From a virus: a stretch of 64,000 bases of DNA. The notes beneath the pieces were generated by a model. It did no database searches. It saw nothing but the letters and a program-made list of their open reading frames with translations, and was not told the DNA's origin. The position numbers and the translations under genes are program-made. Of this stretch, positions 8,535-16,766 are shown piece by piece. The number at the start of each line of letters is the position of its first letter. Position 1 is the first letter of the stretch. The stretch spans positions 1 through 64,000 of IMG/VR virus record IMGVR_UViG_3300031885_000004. One strand, given 5' to 3'.

Positions 8535-8606
8535 GACCCCGTCTTCCAATGGATAGGATGTAAGACTACGGATCTTACGATGCGCGTTCAAGTCGCGCCG
8601 GGGCCA
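8535..8606 (+). tRNA. tRNA-Arg(ACG)
   Basis: taaga-ctACGga-tctta; GTTCAA. Confidence 0.87.
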
Positions 8607-8609
8607 TCA

Positions 8610-9044
8610 ATGAAGAGTTTCACGAAGTTTGCGCTTCCGGTTATAAAGGCAGTCATGCCGAGCCTTATATCAACCAATTTAGTAAATGTTCAACCAATGT
8701 CGCAGCCAAATTCTCTTCTCTTCTTTCTAAATTATACTATTGGAATAATAACTGGCCAGACATATTTTGTTAAAAAGGTAAAGGGCAAATGGCAAATATG
8801 CGTCAAAAAAGACTTGTATGATCCAAAATATAAACCATATTTTGCTATTACGATTGGGCACGGATTCGCAATCTATAATGCTAATGGTAAGTTATTAAAA
8901 TGCACTGACAAAACAATACCAAAGAAGTATAAGTTAGATATTGAAAGTGCCGCAGTTACTGATGGTGAAGTAATTCTCAGCGAAGATGCAAAGGCATTAA
9001 AGAAACTAAAGCAAAGCAAGACAAAAAAGACATATTGTTTCTAA
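8610..9044 (+). CDS. protein with N-terminal major-capsid (gp23 Gol-region-like) peptide
   Basis: LPVIKAVMPSLISTNLVNVQPMSQP resembles gp23 VRRAIPNLIAFDICGVQPMxxP. Confidence 0.65.
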   Translation: MKSFTKFALPVIKAVMPSLISTNLVNVQPMSQPNSLLFFLNYTIGIITGQTYFVKKVKGKWQICVKKDLYDPKYKPYFAITIGHGFAIYNANGKLLKCTDKTIPKKYKLDIESAAVTDGEVILSEDAKALKKLKQSKTKKTYCF

Positions 9045-9045
9045 T

Positions 9046-9129
9046 GCCAGAGTGATGGAATTGGTATACAACAGTGACTTAAAATCACTGGGCCGTAAGG
9101 CCGTGCGGGTTCGACCCCCGCCTCTGGCA
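9046..9129 (+). tRNA. tRNA-Leu(TAA)
   Basis: agtga-ctTAAaa-tcact; long variable arm. Confidence 0.92.
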
Positions 9130-9134
9130 CTAAT

Positions 9135-9211
9135 GCCCTGGTGGAGTAACTGGATAACTCATCGCCCCTTCAAGGCGAAGATTGTGGGTCCGAATCCCAT
9201 CCAGGGCACCA
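9135..9211 (+). tRNA. tRNA-Glu(TTC)
   Basis: tcgcc-ccTTCaa-ggcga (C33, C55); CCA. Confidence 0.82.
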
Positions 9212-9565
9212 ATGATTGATATTAACAATCTGAGCGAGCAAGAGCTGGTTCACGCGATAGTCGATGAGATAAACCAGCGATGCATTGAGTTCAACCAGGA
9301 GAAGAGAGCCATCGCGAGTGGCCCCAATATACTAGGCAATATTAAAATGAACTTTGAAAGTCATGGATTGGCGGCAACCCCAACTAAAATTAAGGTGCTG
9401 AAGCTTATCTTTAGTATAGCTGGAATCAAGCTAAGATGCCAACGATTAGGTGAGATCGATCTACACGATCCATCGTCAATAGATATGACAATTCGCAGCT
9501 TCCTACACTGCTCTGACAACCAAGGATGCGAACATTGGGGCGTCAGGTGCCCACTCATGAGGTAA
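9212..9565 (+). CDS. hypothetical protein, DLHxPxS paralog family
   Basis: ATG immediately after CCA; IDLHDPSSID motif. Confidence 0.65.
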   Translation: MIDINNLSEQELVHAIVDEINQRCIEFNQEKRAIASGPNILGNIKMNFESHGLAATPTKIKVLKLIFSIAGIKLRCQRLGEIDLHDPSSIDMTIRSFLHCSDNQGCEHWGVRCPLMR

Positions 9566-9805
9566 ATGTGCTCCCAACCAATAATGAACTAAAACAGCGA
9601 GACCCAAGCAAGCAAATCCTTAGAATGTGCCAGATGTGCGGGGCTACCGAGCAATTCGGTAATGGTTGGGGCACCGATGGTGTTCATAGAATAGACACCA
9701 ACGAACAGGGCTATTTATGTCACGACTGCAACGAAATGATGATACGATTTCCAGACGTGTTCAGATGGGTTGAGAAAGTCTTAATCAATCACATAAAGTT
9801 GATGC

Positions 9806-10147
9806 ATGAATTGCCTTAAAGAACTTTATGACCCAAATTTTGTGCCAGACGGGTGGCTAGAGCCAGGTGACCCAGTTCCATCACCGTTTGGAAGAAATAC
9901 CACGGTTACAGATTATTTTGTTGTGAAGTATGTTGGCGAAATAATGACACTATATGGCTATGGTGATGTTGTGGCAATAGATTATGGAGAAATACACAAC
10001 ATACGCGTTATTGGCGGCGGCAATGTGATTGCAAAAGGATGTCATATAATATTACAAGACATATGGTTAAGGGGTGGCGGATCAATCATACTCAATGGCT
10101 CATTCATAACATCAAGTAGAATTACTAATTTAGGAGGTGGAAAATGA
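9806..10147 (+). CDS. hypothetical protein
   Basis: 113-aa ORF with Gly-rich beta-repeat-like C-terminus. Confidence 0.55.
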   Translation: MNCLKELYDPNFVPDGWLEPGDPVPSPFGRNTTVTDYFVVKYVGEIMTLYGYGDVVAIDYGEIHNIRVIGGGNVIAKGCHIILQDIWLRGGGSIILNGSFITSSRITNLGGGK

Positions 10148-10184
10148 AACCCAAGCGAAAACGGAAAGAGCCCGGTAAACCTTT

Positions 10185-10257
10185 GGGGCGGTCACGAAGC
10201 GGCATCGTACTCGGCTTTTAACCGAGATAAGGTAGGGTTCGACTCCCACCCGCCCCA
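10185..10257 (+). tRNA. tRNA-Lys(TTT)
   Basis: ctcgg-ctTTTaa-ccgag; GTTCGA. Confidence 0.88.
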
Positions 10258-10268
10258 TTAAAGCACTT

Positions 10269-10354
10269 GCCCGAGTAGCCCAATTGGCTGGAGGCGCATG
10301 ATTCAAGATCATGAGGACGTAAGTCCCTTGCGGGTTCGACTCCCGCCTCGGGTA
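10269..10354 (+). tRNA. tRNA-Leu(CAA)
   Basis: catga-ttCAAga-tcatg; long variable arm. Confidence 0.9.
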
Positions 10355-10393
10355 TTAACCCTAATAGTCTGCCAGAACTCCAGGAAGAGCAAG

Positions 10394-10819
10394 ATGGATG
10401 AGGTTGAATTCAATAAATGGCTTGATGACCATGGAGTAAGGATGGTCGAAGAATTCGTCCATTTTGGCGAAAAACAAATATCGTTCATTTTCTGCGGTGT
10501 CCATAAATCTCGTGCGTCATTCAACCAAACCGCTATCGATGATCTGGAAAAATTCCATAATATTGATGCACGAGGAGAAACACGCCGCTTATGTAAGGAA
10601 TCATTGGAAGAAGAATTAGAAAAGGCTGCTATGCAATTTGTCACTACCGGCGATGCAGATAATTTCTTTAAGTATTTCAATTTTAAATATCTCGAGGATT
10701 TAGTTGGGAAATACCCCAAACTCATATATGATGTGGCAAACTATGAGAAATTTAAGCCTAAGGAAAAGCAAAAGGAAAAGCAAAATGGAGAAGATCAAAC
10801 ATTGCCCGCTCTGCCATAA
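10394..10819 (+). CDS. hypothetical protein with internal gp23-like segment
   Basis: SRASFNQTAIDDLEKFHNIDARGE resembles gp23 LKAxWTxELAQDLxxxHxxDAExE. Confidence 0.55.
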   Translation: MDEVEFNKWLDDHGVRMVEEFVHFGEKQISFIFCGVHKSRASFNQTAIDDLEKFHNIDARGETRRLCKESLEEELEKAAMQFVTTGDADNFFKYFNFKYLEDLVGKYPKLIYDVANYEKFKPKEKQKEKQNGEDQTLPALP

Positions 10820-11180
10820 GACATTAAAACACAAAGATGATTTCTATTCATGTAAGACAAAGGATTGTATGTTTGATGCAGAGGAAAATCCAGTATTCGG
10901 TCATTGGGGGGACGTATTTACTAACCCCGGCGATACTGAAGCGGATATGATTGACTCGGCGGGGCAATGCTTGAGATTTAGGGTTGGACCAGTCTTCGGC
11001 AAAGAAATTTTAAAATCACCAGGAATCTGGATTTCATATCAAGAAAAATACCAGAAAACTGAATTAAAAGGCGACTTTTTGATGTCAGCTGAAACATGGA
11101 AGGCGATCAAAAACCAAATAGATAAGAGGATTAAGACGTTTAACGCGAAAGCCTACTCATTTAAAATCAAAAAGAAGTAG
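10785..11180 (+). CDS. hypothetical protein with N-terminal zinc ribbon
   Basis: CPLC...CKTKDC. Confidence 0.55.
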   Translation: MEKIKHCPLCHKTLKHKDDFYSCKTKDCMFDAEENPVFGHWGDVFTNPGDTEADMIDSAGQCLRFRVGPVFGKEILKSPGIWISYQEKYQKTELKGDFLMSAETWKAIKNQIDKRIKTFNAKAYSFKIKKK

Positions 11181-11263
11181 CCCAGATGCTGGAATTGGCA
11201 GACAGCGTAGGCTCAGAACCTACGGCGAAATTTCGCACGGGAGTTCGACCCTCCCTCTGGGCA
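11180..11263 (+). tRNA. tRNA-Leu(CAG)
   Basis: gtagg-ctCAGaa-cctac; long variable arm. Confidence 0.9.
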
Positions 11264-11266
11264 TTA

Positions 11267-11491
11267 GCCTGGGTAGCTCAATGGCAGGATCCAAGGTCTA
11301 GCGGTAGAAACCGGCAGTTGGTGCAGTGGCCTTATATGCCACTAAACGCATGCTGGAATCGAGCAGAGACAAGGGTTCTGACGCACTCAGCGTATTGCTA
11401 GATCGCTTATACGATCTTACGCGGCTGAGTGAGGCTAGAGCGCTGGGTGTGAAACCCAGATATGGGGGTTCGAATCCCTCCCTTGGCTCCA
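11267..11491 (+). ncRNA. tRNA-like RNA 1 with ~150-nt structured D-loop insertion
   Basis: 5' gcctggg-tagctcaatggc; 3' agagc-anticodon-like arm-ggttcgaatcc-ccttggc-TCCA; insert has nested helices and a pseudoknot. Confidence 0.75.
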
Positions 11492-11495
11492 GAAT

Positions 11496-11726
11496 GCCGG
11501 GGTAGTTTAATTGGCGGAATTCAAAGCTTGAGTTGAAGATCTAGCGATTGAACTGAGCTTGGACAGGAATGTCGCCTGATTAGAGACTTGGGCAAGGATT
11601 CCGGCGCTCTCATAATGGCAAAACCAAAGATTGCGTCCAAGAGCAGTCAAGATTCTGCCGGTTGGGGGTGACTAAAACGCCAAGCTTGCTTGGAAATTGG
11701 TGGTTCAACTCCATCCCTCGGCGCCA
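11496..11726 (+). ncRNA. tRNA-like RNA 2 with ~150-nt structured D-loop insertion and no anticodon
   Basis: gccgggg/cctcggc acceptor with GCCA; D-stem gttt/aaac; T-arm ggttcaactcc; anticodon arm ccaag-cttg-cttgg has only a 4-nt loop. Confidence 0.75.
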
Positions 11727-11727
11727 A

Positions 11728-11946
11728 ATGAGTACCAGCGATAAAAACAAAGGATTCCTGACGATAGAAGAATATCTTGAATCCATCCGCATTGGGGTGC
11801 TCAATGATAATGATGGGTTCGGATATTTCGTGAAAATGAAGCATGGAAAGAAACAAAAAACAAGAGTTCAAGCGATTCCATCATTCGCCAATAGACAAGG
11901 AAATATCCCACGATGGGCCACACACGTAGTTTGGTACGAGAAATAA
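11728..11946 (+). CDS. hypothetical protein
   Basis: ATG 1 nt after the CCA; DNDGFGYF...WATHVVWYEK. Confidence 0.6.
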   Translation: MSTSDKNKGFLTIEEYLESIRIGVLNDNDGFGYFVKMKHGKKQKTRVQAIPSFANRQGNIPRWATHVVWYEK

Positions 11947-11947
11947 C

Positions 11948-12196
11948 ATGCTAGTAATTAAAGTCTTGGTTAACGATAAGGAAATTGATGAGATTGGAAT
12001 CATCAATACTGGTCACAGAAACTTAAATGGCGATAGTCTTTATAGGATTAGAAAGCCAGAGCATCTAAATCAACACGAGATTTACCATGATCGGCAAAAG
12101 CCATGGCACTTCCTAGTCGTAAAAGTATTAGAAGTAATTAATAAAGATTATATAGACAAAAATCTAGTAACGCACGAAATGGGCGAGGATAGATAA
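11948..12196 (+). CDS. hypothetical protein
   Basis: 82-aa ORF coupled to the upstream gene. Confidence 0.6.
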   Translation: MLVIKVLVNDKEIDEIGIINTGHRNLNGDSLYRIRKPEHLNQHEIYHDRQKPWHFLVVKVLEVINKDYIDKNLVTHEMGEDR

Positions 12197-12204
12197 AGCA
12201 GGTT

Positions 12205-12289
12205 GCGCGAGTGGTGTAATTGGCAGCCACGCCAGACTTAGGATCTGGTGCCGTAAGGCATGGGAGTTCGACTCTCCCCTCGCGCACCA
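12205..12289 (+). tRNA. tRNA-Leu(TAG)
   Basis: ccaga-ctTAGga-tctgg; long variable arm; CCA. Confidence 0.93.
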
Positions 12290-12290
12290 G

Positions 12291-12366
12291 GGGGGTCTCG
12301 CACAACGGTAGTGCACCTGCCTTATAAGCAGGCAAGGTCTGGGTTCGATTCCCAGGACCCCCACCA
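12291..12366 (+). tRNA. tRNA-Ile(TAT)
   Basis: cctgc-ctTATaa-gcagg; A73; CCA. Confidence 0.88.
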
Positions 12367-12561
12367 GTTTATTATGGAGACATTCATGATAAAGGCTCAG
12401 CGCCATTCTGATACAGAAGTGTCGATAGAGAAGAACGGCGTGAAAGTTGTCCTCGATTACGACGAAGCAATCAGCACAATAGCTATCTGGTGGGACACGC
12501 TTCGTGAGGACATGAACGTAGCAAATAAGGTTCAAGAATACAGGAAGAAATACACAACCAG

Positions 12562-12633
12562 GCCCCTGTAGCTCAACGGATAGAGCTTCGGCTTCCGAAG
12601 CCGAAGGTGGTGGTTCGATTCCACTCAGGGGTA
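12562..12633 (+). tRNA. tRNA-Arg(CCG)
   Basis: tcggc-ttCCGaa-gccga. Confidence 0.9.
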
Positions 12634-12635
12634 CT

Positions 12636-12711
12636 GCCACCGTCACCTAATGGAATAGGGTGCCGCTTTCCTAAAACGGCTGTGCGGGTTCGATTCCTGC
12701 CGGTGGCACCA
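12636..12711 (+). tRNA. tRNA-Arg(CCT)
   Basis: ccgct-ttCCTaa-aacgg (one mismatch); CCA. Confidence 0.85.
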
Positions 12712-12822
12712 AATGGCTAAGAAGATAATAATTGTCATAACGTTCATCGCAATGGTGGTCATTTCCGTTTTGATGGCGGTCTTAATCGCTGATGCTTGAC
12801 CGTGAGCAATAGGAAGGTTCAG

Positions 12823-13374
12823 ATGTCGTCTCTCGATCACAAAACTCTGATTCTTAACAAATCGTGGCAGCCAGTGCACATCACTACGGTAAGGAATGCC
12901 TTGGTGCTGCTATTTAAGGGAGCGGCTAAGGCTGTTTGCCACGAGACGTTTCAGGTATACGATTTCGAAGATTGGCTACGTATACCGCCAAACGGAAACG
13001 GTTTTGTGTCAACATCGAAATTCGTAGTATCGGCTCCTCACGCCGTGATTCTCAATAACTACGACAAAATGCCAACGATCCATTCATTTTCTAAGAGGAA
13101 TGTATTCAAGCGCGATCGTTACACTTGCCAGTATTGTGGCAAGCAGGAGCACGATTTGACCTTAGACCACGTAACTCCACGTTCTAAGGGCGGGGCCAGT
13201 GAATGGACCAACATCGTCACTGCTTGCGTAAAGTGCAACAGGACCAAAGCAGACAGGACACCTAAAGAAGCCAAGATGAAGCTGATCACTAAGCCATATA
13301 AGCCAGACTTGAATTTAACTGCTATACTACATAAGCAGGCTGAACATAACCCGGTATGGGGTAGATTTATCTAA
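12823..13374 (+). CDS. HNH endonuclease (McrA-like family often seen near tRNA arrays)
   Basis: LILNKSWQP...RDRYTCQYCG...TLDHVTPRSKGG...WTNIVTACVKCN. Confidence 0.88.
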   Translation: MSSLDHKTLILNKSWQPVHITTVRNALVLLFKGAAKAVCHETFQVYDFEDWLRIPPNGNGFVSTSKFVVSAPHAVILNNYDKMPTIHSFSKRNVFKRDRYTCQYCGKQEHDLTLDHVTPRSKGGASEWTNIVTACVKCNRTKADRTPKEAKMKLITKPYKPDLNLTAILHKQAEHNPVWGRFI

Positions 13375-13971
13375 ACTGTCCAACAGGTGGGACATTCCAA
13401 GCTGTCTCTACCTGTTGGGAATGGGCTTTCCGCATGAATCGCACACAATGCGACCATCCGGAACGATGCAGGTGCATTCATTGTTGCTCTCGAGAAACCG
13501 TTCCACAGGAATAGGGCAGGGCTCATGGGAACTTTGGCAGCGGCGTTCTTGCTCTCGGCGCTCGGAACCGCGGCCGTGTAGAGGTAGGAAAGATGCAGAA
13601 CCTCAACTTCCGCTGCCAGAAGGGCACGTCCTCATCTTGCAGCGGCTTCTTCTTCGGGACGGCAGCCTCGCTTCCTTCCCGACCAGCGGCTCCGGCAAAG
13701 TTCAAGCCCATGCTGAAGGTGGCAGACGACCCGAAGGAACCTGGATGGCCGGTGCTCCTGGTCCGTCTTCCAACCGGACAGGTGTCGTGGCACTATTCGG
13801 ATGAGGACGCGAAGAAGTATCTATCCCATGTGCCGAGGGTGACGAACGATTGGGACGGGCACAACACCGAGGAGAAGTATAATCGCGTCGAGGCTATGCA
13901 GAAATACTACCTGTGGGTGAAGCCCGAGGGAACGTAGTAGTTCCGAAGAACGGCTACTTTGTGAGGGGAAC

Positions 13972-14223
13972 ATGACGCCAGAGAAGTACGCACAACGGCT
14001 GATTGCAAAATATCCAGATCCGCTCACCATCCCGGCAAAGGATTGGTGGCACGAGAAAATCTCGAACATCATTCGTAGTGCGACCCGCTTCGCCAAGATC
14101 GAGGCGCTGGAGTGGGCGGTCGAAGAGTTCGAGACTGCGCTGGATGGCCGCAAGTGGACACATGATGACGTGATGCGTCGCGTTGCACGAATCCGCGCAG
14201 AGATAGAGCGGAGGAAGGGTTGA
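13972..14223 (+). CDS. hypothetical protein (GC-rich island)
   Basis: GAGGGG RBS; 83 aa. Confidence 0.6.
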   Translation: MTPEKYAQRLIAKYPDPLTIPAKDWWHEKISNIIRSATRFAKIEALEWAVEEFETALDGRKWTHDDVMRRVARIRAEIERRKG

Positions 14224-14255
14224 GACTGATCCGAAGATTTGTGAAGGAGTAAACC

Positions 14256-14474
14256 ATGATTACATTCGACAAGCTGTCCGAAAGCATCAATCGGGAATTC
14301 GGTCCGCCATTCCTGAAGAAAGGAATAGTTGTTGCCGCTGCTGGCACTGACAGCAAGGGTTCTCCTCTGCTGTCTTTGCGTATTGGCCGACGTTATATCG
14401 AAATAAATTCTACTGGCATTGTCGTCGGATCTGGAACAACAATGCAGCGTAGCGGCACAGTGGACGAAGGCTAA
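14256..14474 (+). CDS. hypothetical protein (GC-rich island)
   Basis: AAGGAG RBS; 72 aa. Confidence 0.6.
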   Translation: MITFDKLSESINREFGPPFLKKGIVVAAAGTDSKGSPLLSLRIGRRYIEINSTGIVVGSGTTMQRSGTVDEG

Positions 14475-14528
14475 AGATAACGGCTAATTCGATCTAACAG
14501 AATCCGAAGAATGAACAAGGAGGGCAAG

Positions 14529-14882
14529 ATGAAGGTCGAATTGGAAATCAAGGACGACAAGGAACTAAGGGCCGTCATCAAAGACATGATTCGTGGGCAG
14601 GTGACGAACATCGTCCGCGAGGAAATCAAGAATCTCGTGGCTAAGGAAGTGGAAAAGAAGACCGACCCCAGGGTTCTCTCCACGGAGATCCAGAGATTTT
14701 TCCGCGACAGTAGGATGACCGTAGGCCTGGAAGGCAAGGTCAACGATGCGGTTCATGCCCTCGTAACGGAAGAGATCAAGGAAAGCATCGAACGTCGCGT
14801 ACGAGAATCGAACAGCATGACTGCGGACTTCGTGGATGCACGGGTTCGCAGGGTGCTCCGCGAGTTGAAGGTTACACTCTGA
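14529..14882 (+). CDS. hypothetical helical protein (GC-rich island)
   Basis: AAGGAGG RBS before MKVELEIK. Confidence 0.65.
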   Translation: MKVELEIKDDKELRAVIKDMIRGQVTNIVREEIKNLVAKEVEKKTDPRVLSTEIQRFFRDSRMTVGLEGKVNDAVHALVTEEIKESIERRVRESNSMTADFVDARVRRVLRELKVTL

Positions 14883-15507
14883 GAAGAATGTTGAGGTGAA
14901 ACGTGGCTGATACGAATTGGGAAGAGGTTGCCAGGGAGTGCCTTGCTGCGTTGAAACTGATCAATATGCACTACGATGATCTTGGCAAGAGTAATCCAGG
15001 ATTCATGGGGAAGCTGTGCCTACAAAATTACGGGCTAGGCCGCTGTTGAATGGATGACTGCATACAACAAAGCCAAAGCAGAGGTAGAGAGGTTGACGAA
15101 GGTAAAGCCCTAACTCTACAGGGGTACTGCAATGGATGAGAAGAAAGAAGAAAAGGGACGCTGGATGGAGGAGTACAAAACGTGCGGATGCTCCTTCGTG
15201 GCGAAGTTGCGGAGAGAACTTCCGGGATACTGTTCCAGACACGGAACAGACAGGAGGCGTGTCACCAAGTTGCCGAAGGCGATAGAAGCGGGTTACGCGG
15301 GATGACTTTTGAGACGAGGTGAATGATGATCCCGTTTGGCAAGGACCAATCGAAAGAGCTAAGTTTCCGGCTGACTCCGCTTGGAGCGGCCATCGTTGAG
15401 GCCCTGCCTGACCGAGCAAAGGTTGCCAAGATCAAAAGGGAATTCAAGAAGACTGGGAAGTGTCCACCGAGCGTTATCTTTCCGAATCCAACAAATATCA
15501 GACAATC

Positions 15508-15654
15508 GGAGTGACTTGCAATGTACTCGATTACCACGAGGATTTGGCGGTGTTTCTGGTGTGGGTACTCTGAGGAAGTCTGTGGCAATAGTGGACGGTG
15601 CCCGAGCGATATCTGCCCGAGCTGCGGACGGAAGAAGGCATGACAAACGGATAG
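15508..15654 (+). repeat. 147-bp direct repeat, copy 1, containing a 40-aa zinc-ribbon ORF (15521-15643)
   Basis: Identical by inspection to 16192-16338; encodes MYSITTRIWRCFWCG...CPSCGRKKA after GGAG. Confidence 0.9.
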
Positions 15655-16191
15655 GAGTGTGAAAGGAGACGACATGCACGAAGTCATCATAACTGGCTGT
15701 TTCACCACGGGAACGACGTGCGAAGATCCTGAAAAGGCGAAGGCGATGTGCCTACGGCTTCTGGAGGAACAGTTGGCTAAGGCCCAATGCACCGGCATAG
15801 ATGGTTTGTTTATGTTCAAGGTGCTCACCACTACCGTCGAGAGACTAAAGTGAGGGCCATCATGACAACGAGAAACGATATAGCCCAGAAGGATGATCGA
15901 CCCAAGTACGGTAGATGGGCTCCGGGTGACTATCATAGTCAGTGCATAAAATGCGGACAGCACTTTATCGGAGATAAGCGAGCGATGGTATGCGCTGATT
16001 GCGCTTACGGCCAGACGAAGTAACTTCGCACTTGAAGAGGAGTGAACATATATGATCTTTTTTGTATTCCCAGAAGCCGTGTTTCTTAGAAACAGTCGTG
16101 GGTGCTTTTTGATTGAGATGCGGTATTGGCAACCGATAAGATATATTTCAGCTACAACCGGACCTGGAGAATACTACACGATCTAACTCTT

Positions 16192-16338
16192 GGAGTGACT
16201 TGCAATGTACTCGATTACCACGAGGATTTGGCGGTGTTTCTGGTGTGGGTACTCTGAGGAAGTCTGTGGCAATAGTGGACGGTGCCCGAGCGATATCTGC
16301 CCGAGCTGCGGACGGAAGAAGGCATGACAAACGGATAG
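16192..16338 (+). repeat. 147-bp direct repeat, copy 2 (ORF 16205-16327)
   Basis: Identical to 15508-15654, offset 684 bp. Confidence 0.9.
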
Positions 16339-16766
16339 TTCTGGAGGAATCATGGACACCGTGAAAATGAGAACGTGCAGCCATCTGCTGCCCGACCCCG
16401 GCGGGGAAGTCGTACGGGAGTTGCTCGACGAAGTTGAACGCCGCCTCAAAGACGCGGACCTGCACGGAACCGCGGACCTTCGTTGCGAGCTCGGCGCCCG
16501 GCCAGCCCAAGTACAAGGAAGCCGACAAGCACGTCGGCCTTCCCTTCGAGTGTCTGGCTCGCAGGGGTAGAAAACTCCTTTTCCGAGTTGCGGGCGGCCA
16601 GTGCCCAAGCTTCTCTGAGACCGAGCGAGGTTGGTCGTGCCAGCCGAGACGCCTACCATCAAGCCGGCGGGCTTTGACGCCCGTCAGACGCCAGCCGTTC
16701 TACACGGTGTACGGCAAGGGAGGCCACGTCGCTCCGGTCGATGACGACGCAGGGGCCGGCACTGGC

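Noticed and set aside
9135-9211. Opal suppressor or tRNA-Sec (TCA within the loop)
   Set aside because: The 7-nt loop CCTTCAA centres on TTC, there is no long variable arm, and genes in the window end normally at TGA, TAG and TAA, giving no sign of recoding.
11267-11726. tmRNA or classical group I intron-containing tRNAs
   Set aside because: There is no G3-U70 alanine identity, and the insertion is in the D-loop with an anticodon-like arm retained. AGAGAC resembles the group I R element, but unit 1 has no downstream S partner and the spliced products would lack valid anticodons. An atypical intron is not fully excluded.
3156-12646. Many 60-160-aa ORFs overlapping tRNA genes, mostly on the minus strand
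   Set aside because: They are translations of tRNA sequence (e.g. GRVELP, GIEP, VRFS patterns), not plausible proteins.
15508-16338. DGR template/variable repeat pair
   Set aside because: The copies are identical with no adenine-specific mismatches, and no reverse transcriptase is visible in the window.
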